Part shown: piece after piece, positions 1-12,600 of the stretch | Numbering within the stretch: position 1 is the first letter of the stretch | Layout: each line of letters starts with the position of its first letter | NCBI GenBank assembly: GCA_964016885.1 | Contig: OZ024744.1 | Coordinates: forward strand, 20,398,001 to 20,462,000 | Length of the DNA: 64,000 nucleotides | DNA from: Eledone cirrhosa | Taxonomy: Eukaryota | Reading direction: 5' to 3' | Notes under the pieces: model-generated | Told to the model about the DNA's origin: nothing | Databases searched by the model: none | Seen by the model: only the letters and a program-made list of their open reading frames with translations | Made by a program: the position numbers and the translations under genes

Positions 1-3000
1 CGTTTTAACAACAGTTGAATGTTAAGATAAAACTCGTTTTAACAACAGTTGAATCTTAAGAACTGACTCGTTTTAACAACAGCTGAATCTTAAGATAACA
101 TTCGTTTTAACAACAGTTGAATCTTAAGAACTGATTCTTTTTAACAACAGTTGAATCTTAAGATAAAACTCGTTTTAACAACAGTTGAATCTTAAGAACT
201 GACTCGTTTTAACAACAGCTGAATCTTAAGATAAAACTCGTTTTAACAACAGTTGAATCTAAAGAACTGACTCGTTTTATCAACAGTTCAACCTTAAGAA
301 CTGATTCCTTTTAACAACAGTTGAATCTTAAGAACTGACTCGTTTTAACAACAGTTGAATCTTAAGGACTGACTCGTTTTAACAACAGTTGAATCTTATG
401 AACTGACTCATTTTAACAACAATTGAATCTTAAGATAACATTCGTTTTAACAACAGTTGAATCTTAAGAACTGACTCGTTTTATCAACAGTTCAACCTTA
501 AGAAGTAACTCGTTTTAACAACAGTTGAATCATCAAATCAAACTCGTTCTAACAACAGTTGAATCTTAAGAACTGACTCGTTGTAACAACAGTTGAGTCT
601 TAAGATAAAACTCGTTTTAAAAACATTGAATCTTAAGAACTGACTCATTTTAACAACAGTTGAATCTTAAGATAAAACTCGTTTTAACAACAGTTGAATC
701 TTAAGAACTGACTCGTTTTAACAACAGCTGAATCTTAAGATAAAACTCGTTTTAACAACAGTTGAATCTTAAGAACTGACTTGTTTTAACATCAGTTCAA
801 CCTTAAGAGCTGACTCGTTTAACAACAGTTGAATCTTCAAATAAAACTCGTTTTAACAACAGTTGAAAATTAAGAACTGACTCGTTTTAACAACAGTTGA
901 ATCTTAAGAGAAAACTAGTTTTAACAACAGTTGAATCTTAAGAACTGACTCGTTTTAACAACAGTTGAATGTTAAGATAAAACTCGTTTTAACAATAGTT
1001 GAATCTTAAGAACTGACTCGTTTTAACAACAGTTGAATCTTAAGATAAAACTCGTTTTACCAACTGTGGAATCTTAAGAACTGACTCTTTTTAACAACAG
1101 TTGAATCTTAAGACAAAACTCGTTTTACCAACAGTTGAATCTTAAGAACTGACTTGTTCTAACAACAGTTCAGCCTTAAGAACTGACTCGTTTTAAAACA
1201 GTTGAATTGTTAGAACTGACTCGTTTTAACAACAGTTGAATCTTAAGATAAACCTTGTTTTAACAACAGTTGAATCTTAAGAACTGACTCGTTTTAACAA
1301 CAGTTAAATCTTAATAACTGACTCGTTTTAACAACAGTTGAATGTTAAGATAAAACTCGTTTTAACAATAGTTGAATCTTAAGAACTGACTCGTTTTAAC
1401 AACAGTTGAATCTTAAGATAAAACTCGTTTTAACAACTGTTGAATCTTAAGAACTGACTCGTTTTAACAACAGCTGAATCTTAAGATAAAACTCGTTTTA
1501 ACAACAGTTGAATCTTAAGAACTGACTCGTTTTAACAACAGTTGAATCTTCAAATAAAACTCGTTTTAACAACAGTTGAATCTTAAGAACTGACTCGTTT
1601 TAACAACAGTTGAATGTTAAGATAAAACTCGTTTTAACAATAGTTGAATCTTAAGAACTGACTCGTTTTAACAACAGTTGAATGTTAAGATAAAACTCGT
1701 TTTAACAACAGTTGAATCTTAAGAACTGACTCGTTTTAACAACAGCTGAATCTTAAGATAAAACTCGTTTTAACAACAGTTCAAACTTAAGAACTGACTC
1801 GTTTTAACAAAAGTTGAATCTTATGAACTCATTCATTTTAACAACAGTTGAATCTTAAGATAACATTCGTTTTAACAACAGTTGAATCTTAAGAACTAAT
1901 TCGTTTTAACAACAGTTGAATCTTAAGAACAGACTCGTTTTAACAACAGTTGAATCTTAAAGATAAAACTCGTTTCAACAACAGTTGAATCTTAAAGATA
2001 AAACTCGTTTCAACAACAGTTGAATCTTAAGAACTGACTCGTTTTAACAACAGCTGAATCTTAAGATAAAACTCGTTTTAACAACAGTTGAATCTTAAGA
2101 TAAAACTCGTTTTAACAACAGTTGAATCTTAAGAACTGACTCGTTTTAACGACAGCTGAATCTTAACATAAAACTCGTTTTAACAACAGTTCAAACTTAA
2201 GAAATGACTCGTTTTAACAACAGTTGAATCTTATGAACTGACTCATTTTAACAAAAGTTGAATCTTAAGAACTGATTCGTTTTAACAACAGTTGAATCTT
2301 AAGATAAAACTCGTTTTAACAACAGTTGAATCTTAAGAACTGACTCGTTTTAACAACAGTTGAATCTTAAGATAAAACTCGTTTGAACAACAGTTGAATC
2401 TTATGAACTAACTAATTTTTACAACAGTTGAATCTTAAGTTAAGACTCGTTTTAACAACAGTTGAATCTTAAGAACTGACTCGTTTTAACAACAGCTGCA
2501 TCTTAAGATAAAACTCGTTTTAACAACAGTTGAATCTTAAAGATAAAACTCGCTTTAACAACAGTTGAATCTTAAGAACTGACTCGTTTTAACAACAATT
2601 GAATCTTAAGATAAACCTCGTTTTAACAACAGTTCAGCCTTAAGAACTGACTCGTTTTAAAACAGTTGAATCGTTAGAACTGACTCGTTTTAACAACAGT
2701 TGAATCTTCAAATAAAACTCGTTTTAACAATAGTTGAATCTCAAGAACTGACTCGTTTTAGCAACAGTTGAATCTTAAGATAACACTCGTTTTCATAACA
2801 GTTGAATCTTAAGAACTGTCTCGTTTTAACAACAGTTGAATCTTAAGATAAACCTCGTTTTAACGACAGTTGATTCTTAAGAACCGACTCGTTTCAACAA
2901 CAGTTAAATCTAAATAACTGACTCGTTTTAACAACAGTTGAATGTTAAGATAAAACTCGTTTTAACAATAGTTGAATCTTAAGAACTGACTCGTTTTAAC

Positions 3001-3689
3001 AACAGTTGAATCTTAAGATAAAACTCGTTTTAACAACTGTTGAATCTTAAGAACTGACTCGTTTTAACAACAGCTGAATCTTAAGATAAAACTCATTTTA
3101 ACAACAGTTGAATCTTAAGAAATGACTCGTTTTAACAACGCTTGAATCTTCAAATAAAACTCGTTTTAACAACAGTTGAATCTTAAGAACTGACTCGTTT
3201 TAACAACAGTTGAATGTTAAGATAAAACTCGTTATAACAATAGTTGAATCTTAAGAACTGACTCGTTTTAACAACAGTTGAATCTTAAGATAAAACTCGT
3301 TTTAACAACAGTTGAATCTTAAGAACTGACTCGTTTTAACAACAGCTGAATCTTAAGATAAAACTCGTTTTAACAACAGTTGAATCCTAAGAACTGACTT
3401 GTTTTATCAACAGTTCAACCGTAAGAACTGACTCGTTTTAACAACAGTTGAATGTTCAAATAAAACTCGTTTTAACAACAGTTGAATCTTAAGATAAAAC
3501 TCGTTTTAACAACAGTTGAATCTTAAGAACTGACTCGTTTTAACAACAGCTGAATCTTAAGATAAAACTCGTTTTAACAACAGTTCAAACTTAAGAAATG
3601 ACTCGTTTTAACAACAGTTGAATCTTATGAACTGACTCATTTTAACAACAGTTGAATCTTAAGAACTGATTCGTTTTAACAACAGTTGA

Positions 3690-6600
3690 ATCTTAAGATA
3701 AAACTCGTTTTAACAACAGTTGAATCTTATGAACTAACTCATTTTAACAACAGTTGAATCTTAAGTTAAGACTCGTTTTAACAACAGTAGAATCTTAAGA
3801 ACTGACTCGTTTTAACGACAGCTGTATCTTAAGATAAAACTCGTTTTAACAACAGTTGAATCTTAAAGATAAAACTCGCTTTAACAACAGTTGAATCTTA
3901 AGAGCTGACTCGTTTCAACAACAGTTAAATCTAAATAACTGACTCGTTTTAACAACAGTTGAATGTTAAGATAAAACTCGTTTTAACAATAGTTGAATCT
4001 TAAGAACTGACTCGTTTTAACAACAGTTGAATCTTAAGATAAAACTCGTTTTAACAACTGTTGAATCTTAAGAACTGACTCGTTTTAACAACAGCTGAAT
4101 CTTAAGAAATGACTCGTTTTAACAACAGTTGAATCTTCAAATAAAACTCGTTTTAACAACAGTTGAATCTTAAGAACTGACTCGTTTTAACAACAGTTGA
4201 ATGTTAAGATAAAACTGGTTATAACAATAGTTGAATCTTAAGAACTGGCTCGTTTTAACAACAGTTGAATCTTAAGATAAAACTCGTTTTAACAACAGTT
4301 GAATCTTAAGAACTGACTCGTTTTAACAACAGCTGAATCTTAAGATAAAACTCGTTTTAACAACAGTTGAATCCTAAGAACTGACTTGTTTTATCAACAG
4401 TTCAACCGTAAGAACTGACTCGTTTTAACAACAGTTGAATGTTCAAATAAAACTCGTTTTAACAACAGTTGAATCTTAAGATAAAACTCGTTTTAACAAC
4501 AGTTGAATCTTAAGAACTGACTCGTTTTAACAACAGCTGAATCTTAATATAAAACTCGTCTTAACAACAGGTCAAACTTAAGAAATTACTCGTTTTAACA
4601 ACAGTTGAATCTTATGAACTGACTCATTTTAACAACAGTTGAATCTTAAGAACTGATTCGTTTTAACAACAGTTGAATCTTAAGATAAAACTCGTTTTAA
4701 CAACAGTTGAATCTTATGAACTAACTCATTTTAACAACAGTTGAATCTTAAGTTAAGACTCGTTTTAACAACAGTTGAATCTTAAGAACTGACTCGTTTT
4801 AACGACAGCTGTATCTTAAGATAAAACTCGTTTTAACAACAGTTGAATCTTAAAGATAAAACTCGCTTTAACAACAATTGAATCTTAAGAACTGACTCGT
4901 TTTAACAACAGTTGAATCTTAAGACAAAACCCGTTTTAACAACAGTTGAATCTTAAGAACTGTCTCGTTTTAACAACAGTTGAATCTTAAGATAAACCTC
5001 GTTTTAACAACAGTTTAATCTTAAGAACTGACTCGTTTTAACAACAGTTGAATCTTAAGACAAAACTCGTTTTAACAACAGTTGAATCTTAAGAACTGAC
5101 TTGTTCTAACAACAGTTCAGCCTTAAGAACTGACTCGTTTTAAAACAGTTGAATCGTTAGAACTGACTCGTTTTAACAACAGTTGAATCTTAAGATAAAC
5201 CTCGTTTTAACAACAGTTGAATCTTAAGAACTGACTCGTTTTAACAACAGTTAAATCTTAATAACTGACTCGTTTTAACAACAGTTGAATGTTAAGATAA
5301 AACTCGTTTTAACAATAGTTGAATCTTAAGAACTGACTCGTTTTAACAACAGTTGAATCTTATGATAAAACTCGTTTTAACAACTGTTGAATCTTAAGAA
5401 CTGACTCGTTTTAACAACAGCTGAATCTTAAGATAAAACTCGTTTTAACAACAGTTGAATCTTAAGAACTGACTCGTTTTAACAACAGTTGAGTCTTCAA
5501 ATAAAACTCGTTTTAACAACAGTTGAATCTTAAGAACTGACTTGTTTTATCAACAGTTCAACCGTACGAACTGACTCGTTTTAACAACAGTTGAATCTTC
5601 AAACAAAACTCGTTTTAACAGCAGTTGAATCTTAAGAAATGACTCGTTTTAACAACAGTTGAATCTTAAGATAAAACTCGTTTTAACAACAGTTGAATCT
5701 TAAGAACTGACTTGTTTTATCAACAGTTCAACCGTAAGAACTGACTCGTTTTAACAACAGTTGAATGTTCAAATAAAACTCGTTTTAACAACAGTTGAAT
5801 CTTAATAACTGACTCGTTTTAACAACAGTTGAATCTTAAGAACTGACTCGTTTTAACAACAGTTAAATCTTAATAACTGACTCGTTTTAACAACAGTTGA
5901 ATCTTAAGAACTGACTCGTTTTAACAACAGTTGAATGTTAAGATAAAACTCGTTTTAACAATAGTTGAATCTTAAGAACTGACTCGTTTTAACAACAGTT
6001 GAATCTTAAGATAAAACTCGTTTTAACAACAGTTGAATCTTAAGAACTGACTCGTTTTAACAACAGTTGAATCTTAAGATAAAACTCGTTTTAACAACAG
6101 TTGAATCTTAAGAACTGACTCGTTTTATCAACAGTTCAACCGTAAGAACTGATTCGTTTTAACAACAGTTGAATCTTCAAATAAAACTCGTTTTAACAAC
6201 AGTTGAATCTTAAGAACTGACTCGTTTTAACAACAGTTGAATCTTAAGAACTGACTCGTTTTAACAATAGTTGAATCTTATGAACTGACTCATTTTAACA
6301 ACAGTTGAATCTTAATATAACATTCGTTTTAACAACAGTTGAATCTTAAGAACTGACTAGTTTTAACAACAGTTGAATCTTCAAATAAAACTCGATTTAA
6401 CAACAGTTGAATCTTAAGAACTGACTCGTTTTAACAACTGTTGAATCTGAAGATAAAACTCGTCTTAACAACAGTTGAATCTTAAGAACTGACTCGTTTT
6501 ATCAACAGTTCAACCTTAAGAACTAACTCGTTTTAACAACAGTTGAATCATCAAATCAAACTCGTTCTAACAACAGTTGAATCTTAAGAACTGACTCGTT

Positions 6601-9600
6601 TTAACAACAGTTGAGTCTTAAGATAAAACTCGTTTTAAAAACAGTTGAATCTTAAGAACTGACTTGTTTTAACATCAGTTCAACCTTAAGAGCTGACTCG
6701 TTTAACAACAGTTGAAAATTAAGAACTGACTCGTTTTAACAATAGTTGAATCTTAAGATAAAACTAGTTTTAACAACAGTTGAATCTTAAGAACTGACTC
6801 GTTTTAACAACAGTTGAATGTTAAGATAAAACTCGTTTTAACAATAGTTGAATCTTAAGAACTGACTCGTTTTAACAACAGTTGAATCTTAAGTTAAAAC
6901 TCGTTTTAACAACAGTTGAATCTTAAGAACTGACTCGTTATAACAACAGTTGAATCTTAAGATAAAACTCGTTTTAACAACAGTTGAATCTTAAGAACTG
7001 ACTCGTTTTAACAACAGATGAATCTTAAGATAAAACTCGTTTTAACAACAGTTGAATCTTAAGAACTGACTTGTTTTATCAACAGTTCAACCGTACGAAC
7101 TGACTCGTTTTAACAACAGTTGAATCTTCAAATAAAACTCGTTTTAACAACAGTTGAATCTTAAGAAATGACTCGTTTTAACAACAGTTGAATCATCAAA
7201 TCAAACTCGTTCTAACAACAGTTGAATCTTAAGAAATGACTCGTTTTAACAACAGTTGAATCTTAAGATAAAACTCGTTTTAACAACAGTTGAATCTTAA
7301 GAACTGACTTGTTTTATCAACAGTTCAACCGTAAGAACTGACTCGTTTTAACAACAGTTGAATGTTCAAATAAAACTCGTTTTAACAACAGTTGAATCTT
7401 AATAACTGACTCGTTTTAACAACAGTTGAATCTTAAGAACTGACTCGTTTTAACAACAGTTAAATCTTAATAACTGACTCGTTTTAACAACAGTTGAATC
7501 TTAAGAACTGACTCGTTTTAACAACAGTTGAATGTTAAGATAAAACTCGTTTTAACAATAGTTGAATCTTAAGAACTGACTCGTTTTAACAACAGTTGAA
7601 TCTTAAGAACTGACTCGTTTTAACAACAGTTGAATCTTAAGATAAAACTCGTTTTAACAACAGTTCAACCGTAAGAACTGATTCGTTTTAACAACAGTTG
7701 AATCTTCAAATAAAACTCGTTTTAACAACAGTTGAATCTTAAGAACTGACTCGTTTTAACAACAGTTGAATCTTAAGAACTGACTCGTTTTAACAATAGT
7801 TGAATCTTATGAACTGACTCATTTTAACAACAGTTGAATCTTAATATAACATTCGTTTTAACAACAGTTGAATCTTAAGAACTGACTCGTTTTAACAACA
7901 GTTGTATCTTAAGACAAAACTCGTTTTAACAACAGTTGAATATTAAGAACTGACTCGTTTTAACAACAATTGAATCTTAAGATAAACCTCGTTTTAACAA
8001 CAGTTCAGCCTTAAGAACTGACTCGTTTTAAAACAGTTGAATCGTTAGAACTGACTCGTTTTAACAACAGTTGAATCTTAAAATAAAACTCGTTTTAACA
8101 ATAGTTGAATCTCAAGAACTGACTCGTTTTAGCAACAGTTGAATCTTAAGATAACACTCGTTTTCATAACAGTTGAATCTTAAGAACTGTCTCGTTTTAA
8201 CAACAGTTGAATCTTAAGATAAACCTCGTTTTAACAACAGTTGATTCTTAAGAACCGACTCGTTTCAACAACAGTTAAATCTAAATAACTGACTCGTTTT
8301 AACAACAGTTGAATGTTAAGATAAAACTCGTTTTAACAATAGTTGAATCTTAAGAACTGACTCGTTTTAACAACAGCTGAATCTTAAGATAAAACTCGTT
8401 TTAACAACTGTTGAATCTTAAGAACTGACTCGTTTTAACAACAGCTGAATCTTAAGATAAAACTCGTTTTAACAACAGTTGAATCTTATGAACTAACTCA
8501 TTTTAACAACAGTTGAATCTTAAGTTAAGACTCGTTTTAACAACAGTTGAATCTTAAGAACTGACTCGTTTTAACGACAGCTGTATCTTAAGATAAAACT
8601 CGTTTTAACAACAGTTGAATCTTAAAGATAAAACTCGCTTTAACAACAGTTGAATCTTAAGAGCTGACTCGTTTCAACAACAGTTAAATCTAAATAACTG
8701 ACTCGTTTTAACAACAGTTGAATGTTAAGATAAAACTCGTTTTAACAATAGTTGAATCTTAAGAACTGACTCGTTTTAACAACAGTTGAATCTTAAGATA
8801 AAACTCGTTTTAACAACTGTTGAATCTTAAGAACTGACTCGTTTTAACAACAGCTGAATCTTAAGATAAAACTCGTTTTAACAACAGTTGAATCTTAAGA
8901 AATGACTCGTTTTAACAACAGTTGAATCTTCAAATAAAACTCGTTTTAACAACAGTTGAATCTTAAGAACTGACTCGTTTTAACAACAGTTGAATGTTAA
9001 GATAAAACTCGTTATAACAATAGTTGAATCTTAAGAACTGGCTCGTTTTAACAACAGTTGAATCTTAAGATAAAACTCGTTTTAACAACAGTTGAATCTT
9101 AAGAACTGACTCGTTTTAACAACAGCTGAATCTTAAGATAAAACTCGTTTTAACAACAGTTGAATCCTAAGAACTGACTTGTTTTATCAACAGTTCAACC
9201 GTAAGAACTGACTCGTTTTAACAACAGTTGAATGTTCAAATAAAACTCGTTTTAACAATAGTTGAATCTTAAGATAAAACTCGTTTTAACAACAGTTGAA
9301 TCTTAAGAACTGACTCGTTTTAACAACAGCTGAATCTTAATATAAAACTCGTCTTAACAACAGGTCAAACTTAAGAAATGACTCGTTTTAACAACAGTTG
9401 AATCTTATGAACTGACTCATTTTAACAACAGTTGAATCTTAAGAACTGATTCGTTTTAACAACAGTTGAATCTTAAGATAAAACTCGTTTTAACAACAGT
9501 TGAATCTTATGAACTAACTCATTTTAACAACAGTTGAATCTTAAGTTAAGACTCGTTTTAACAACAGTTGAATCTTAAGAACTGACTCGTTTTAACGACA

Positions 9601-12600
9601 GCTGTATCTTAAAGATAAAACTCGCTTTAACAACAATTGAATCTTAAGAACTGACTCGTTTTAACAACAGTTGAATCTTAAGACAAAACCCGTTTTAACA
9701 ACAGTTGAATCTTAAGAACTGTCTCGTTTTAACAACAGTTGAATCTTAAGATAAACCTCGTTTTAACAACAGTTTAATCTTAAGAACTGACTCGTTTTAA
9801 CAACAGTTGAATCTTAAGACAAAACTCGTTTTAACAACAGTTGAATCTTAAGAGCTGACTTGTTCTAACAACAGTTCAGCCTTAAGAACTGACTCGTTTT
9901 AAAACAGTTGAATCGTTAGAACTGACTCGTTTTAACAACAGTTGAATCTTAAGATAAACCTCGTTTTAACAACAGTTGAATCTTAAGAACTGACTCGTTT
10001 TAACAACAGTTAAATCTTAATAACTGACTCGTTTTAACAACAGTTGAATGTTAAGATAAAACTCGTTTTAACAATAGTTGAATCTTAAGAACTGACTCGT
10101 TTTAACAACAGTTGAATCTTATGATAAAACTCGTTTTAACAACTGTTGAATCTTAAGAACTGACTCGTTTTAACAACAGCTGAATCTTAAGATAAAACTC
10201 GTTTTAACAACAGTTGAATCTTAAGAACTGACTCGTTTTAACAACAGTTGAGTCTTCAAATAAAACTCGTTTTAACAACAGTTGAATCTTAAGAACTGAC
10301 TTGTTTTATCAACAGTTCAACCGTACGAACTGACTCGTTTTAACAACAGTTGAATCTTCAAACAAAACTCGTTTTAACAGCAGTTGAATCTTAAGAAATG
10401 ACTCGTTTTAACAACAGTTGAATCTTAAGATAAAACTCGTTTTAACAACAGTTGAATCTTAAGAACTGACTTGTTTTATCAACAGTTCAACCGTAAGAAC
10501 TGACTCGTTTTAACAACAGTTGAATGTTCAAATAAAACTCGTTTTAACAACAGTTGAATCTTAATAACTGACTCGTTTTAACAACAGTTGAATCTTAAGA
10601 ACTGACTCGTTTTAACAACAGTTAAATCTTAATAACTGACTCGTTTTAACAACAGTTGAATCTTAAGAACTGACTCGTTTTAACAACAGTTGAATGTTAA
10701 GATAAAACTCGTTTTAACAATAGTTGAATCTTAAGAACTGACTCGTTTTAACAACAGTTGAATCTTAAGATAAAACTCGTTTTAACAACAGTTGAATCTT
10801 AAGAACTGACTCGTTTTAACAACAGTTGAATCTTAAGATAAAACTCGTTTTAACAACAGTTGAATCTTAAGAACTGACTCGTTTTATCAACAGTTCAACC
10901 GTAAGAACTGATTCGTTTTAACAACAGTTGAATCTTCAAATAAAACTCGTTTTAACAACAGTTGAATCTTAAGAACTGACTCGTTTTAACAACAGTTGAA
11001 TCTTAAGAACTGACTCGTTTTAACAATAGTTGAATCTTATGAACTGACTCATTTTAACAACAGTTGAATCTTAATATAACATTCGTTTTAACAACAGTTG
11101 AATCTTAAGAACTGACTAGTTTTAACAACAGTTGAATCTTCAAATAAAACTCGATTTAACAACAGTTGAATCTTAAGAACTGACTCGTTTTAACAACTGT
11201 TGAATCTGAAGATAAAACTCGTCTTAACAACAGTTGAATCTTAAGAACTGACTCGTTTTATCAACAGTTCAACCTTAAGAACTAACTCGTTTTAACAACA
11301 GTTGAATCATCAAATCAAACTCGTTCTAACAACAGTTGAATCTTAAGAACTGACTCGTTTTAACAACAGTTGAGTCTTAAGATAAAACTCGTTTTAAAAA
11401 CAGTTGAATCTTAAGAACTGACTTGTTTTAACATCAGTTCAACCTTAAGAGCTGACTCGTTTAACAACAGTTGAAAATTAAGAACTGACTCGTTTTAACA
11501 ATAGTTGAATCTTAAGATAAAACTAGTTTTAACAACAGTTGAATCTTAAGAACTGACTCGTTTTAACAACAGTTGAATGTTAAGATAAAACTCGTTTTAA
11601 CAATAGTTGAATCTTAAGAACTGACTCGTTTTAACAACAGTTGAATCTTAAGTTAAAACTCGTTTTAACAACAGTTGAATCTTAAGAACTGACTCGTTAT
11701 AACAACAGTTGAATCTTAAGATAAAACTCGTTTTAACAACAGTTGAATCTTAAGAACTGACTCGTTTTAACAACAGATGAATCTTAAGATAAAACTCGTT
11801 TTAACAACAGTTGAATCTTAAGAACTGACTTGTTTTATCAACAGTTCAACCGTACGAACTGACTCGTTTTAACAACAGTTGAATCTTCAAATAAAACTCG
11901 TTTTAACAACAGTTGAATCTTAAGAAATGACTCGTTTTAACAACAGTTGAATCATCAAATCAAACTCGTTCTAACAACAGTTGAATCTTAAGAAATGACT
12001 CGTTTTAACAACAGTTGAATCTTAAGATAAAACTCGTTTTAACAACAGTTGAATCTTAAGAACTGACTTGTTTTATCAACAGTTCAACCGTAAGAACTGA
12101 CTCGTTTTAACAACAGTTGAATGTTCAAATAAAACTCGTTTTAACAACAGTTGAATCTTAATAACTGACTCGTTTTAACAACAGTTGAATCTTAAGAACT
12201 GACTCGTTTTAACAACAGTTAAATCTTAATAACTGACACGTTTTAACAACAGTTGAATCTTAAGAACTGACTCGTTTTAACAACAGTTGAATGTTAAGAT
12301 AAAACTCGTTTTAACAATAGTTGAATCTTAAGAACTGACTCGTTTTAACAACAGTTGAATCTTAAGAACTGACTCGTTTTAACAACAGTTGAATCTTAAG
12401 ATAAAACTCGTTTTAACAACAGTTCAACCGTAAGAACTGATTCGTTTTAACAACAGTTGAATCTTCAAATAAAACTCGTTTTAACAACAGTTGAATCTTA
12501 AGAACTGACTCGTTTTAACAACAGTTGAATCTTAAGAACTGACTCGTTTTAACAATAGTTGAATCTTATGAACTGACTCATTTTAACAACAGTTGAATCT

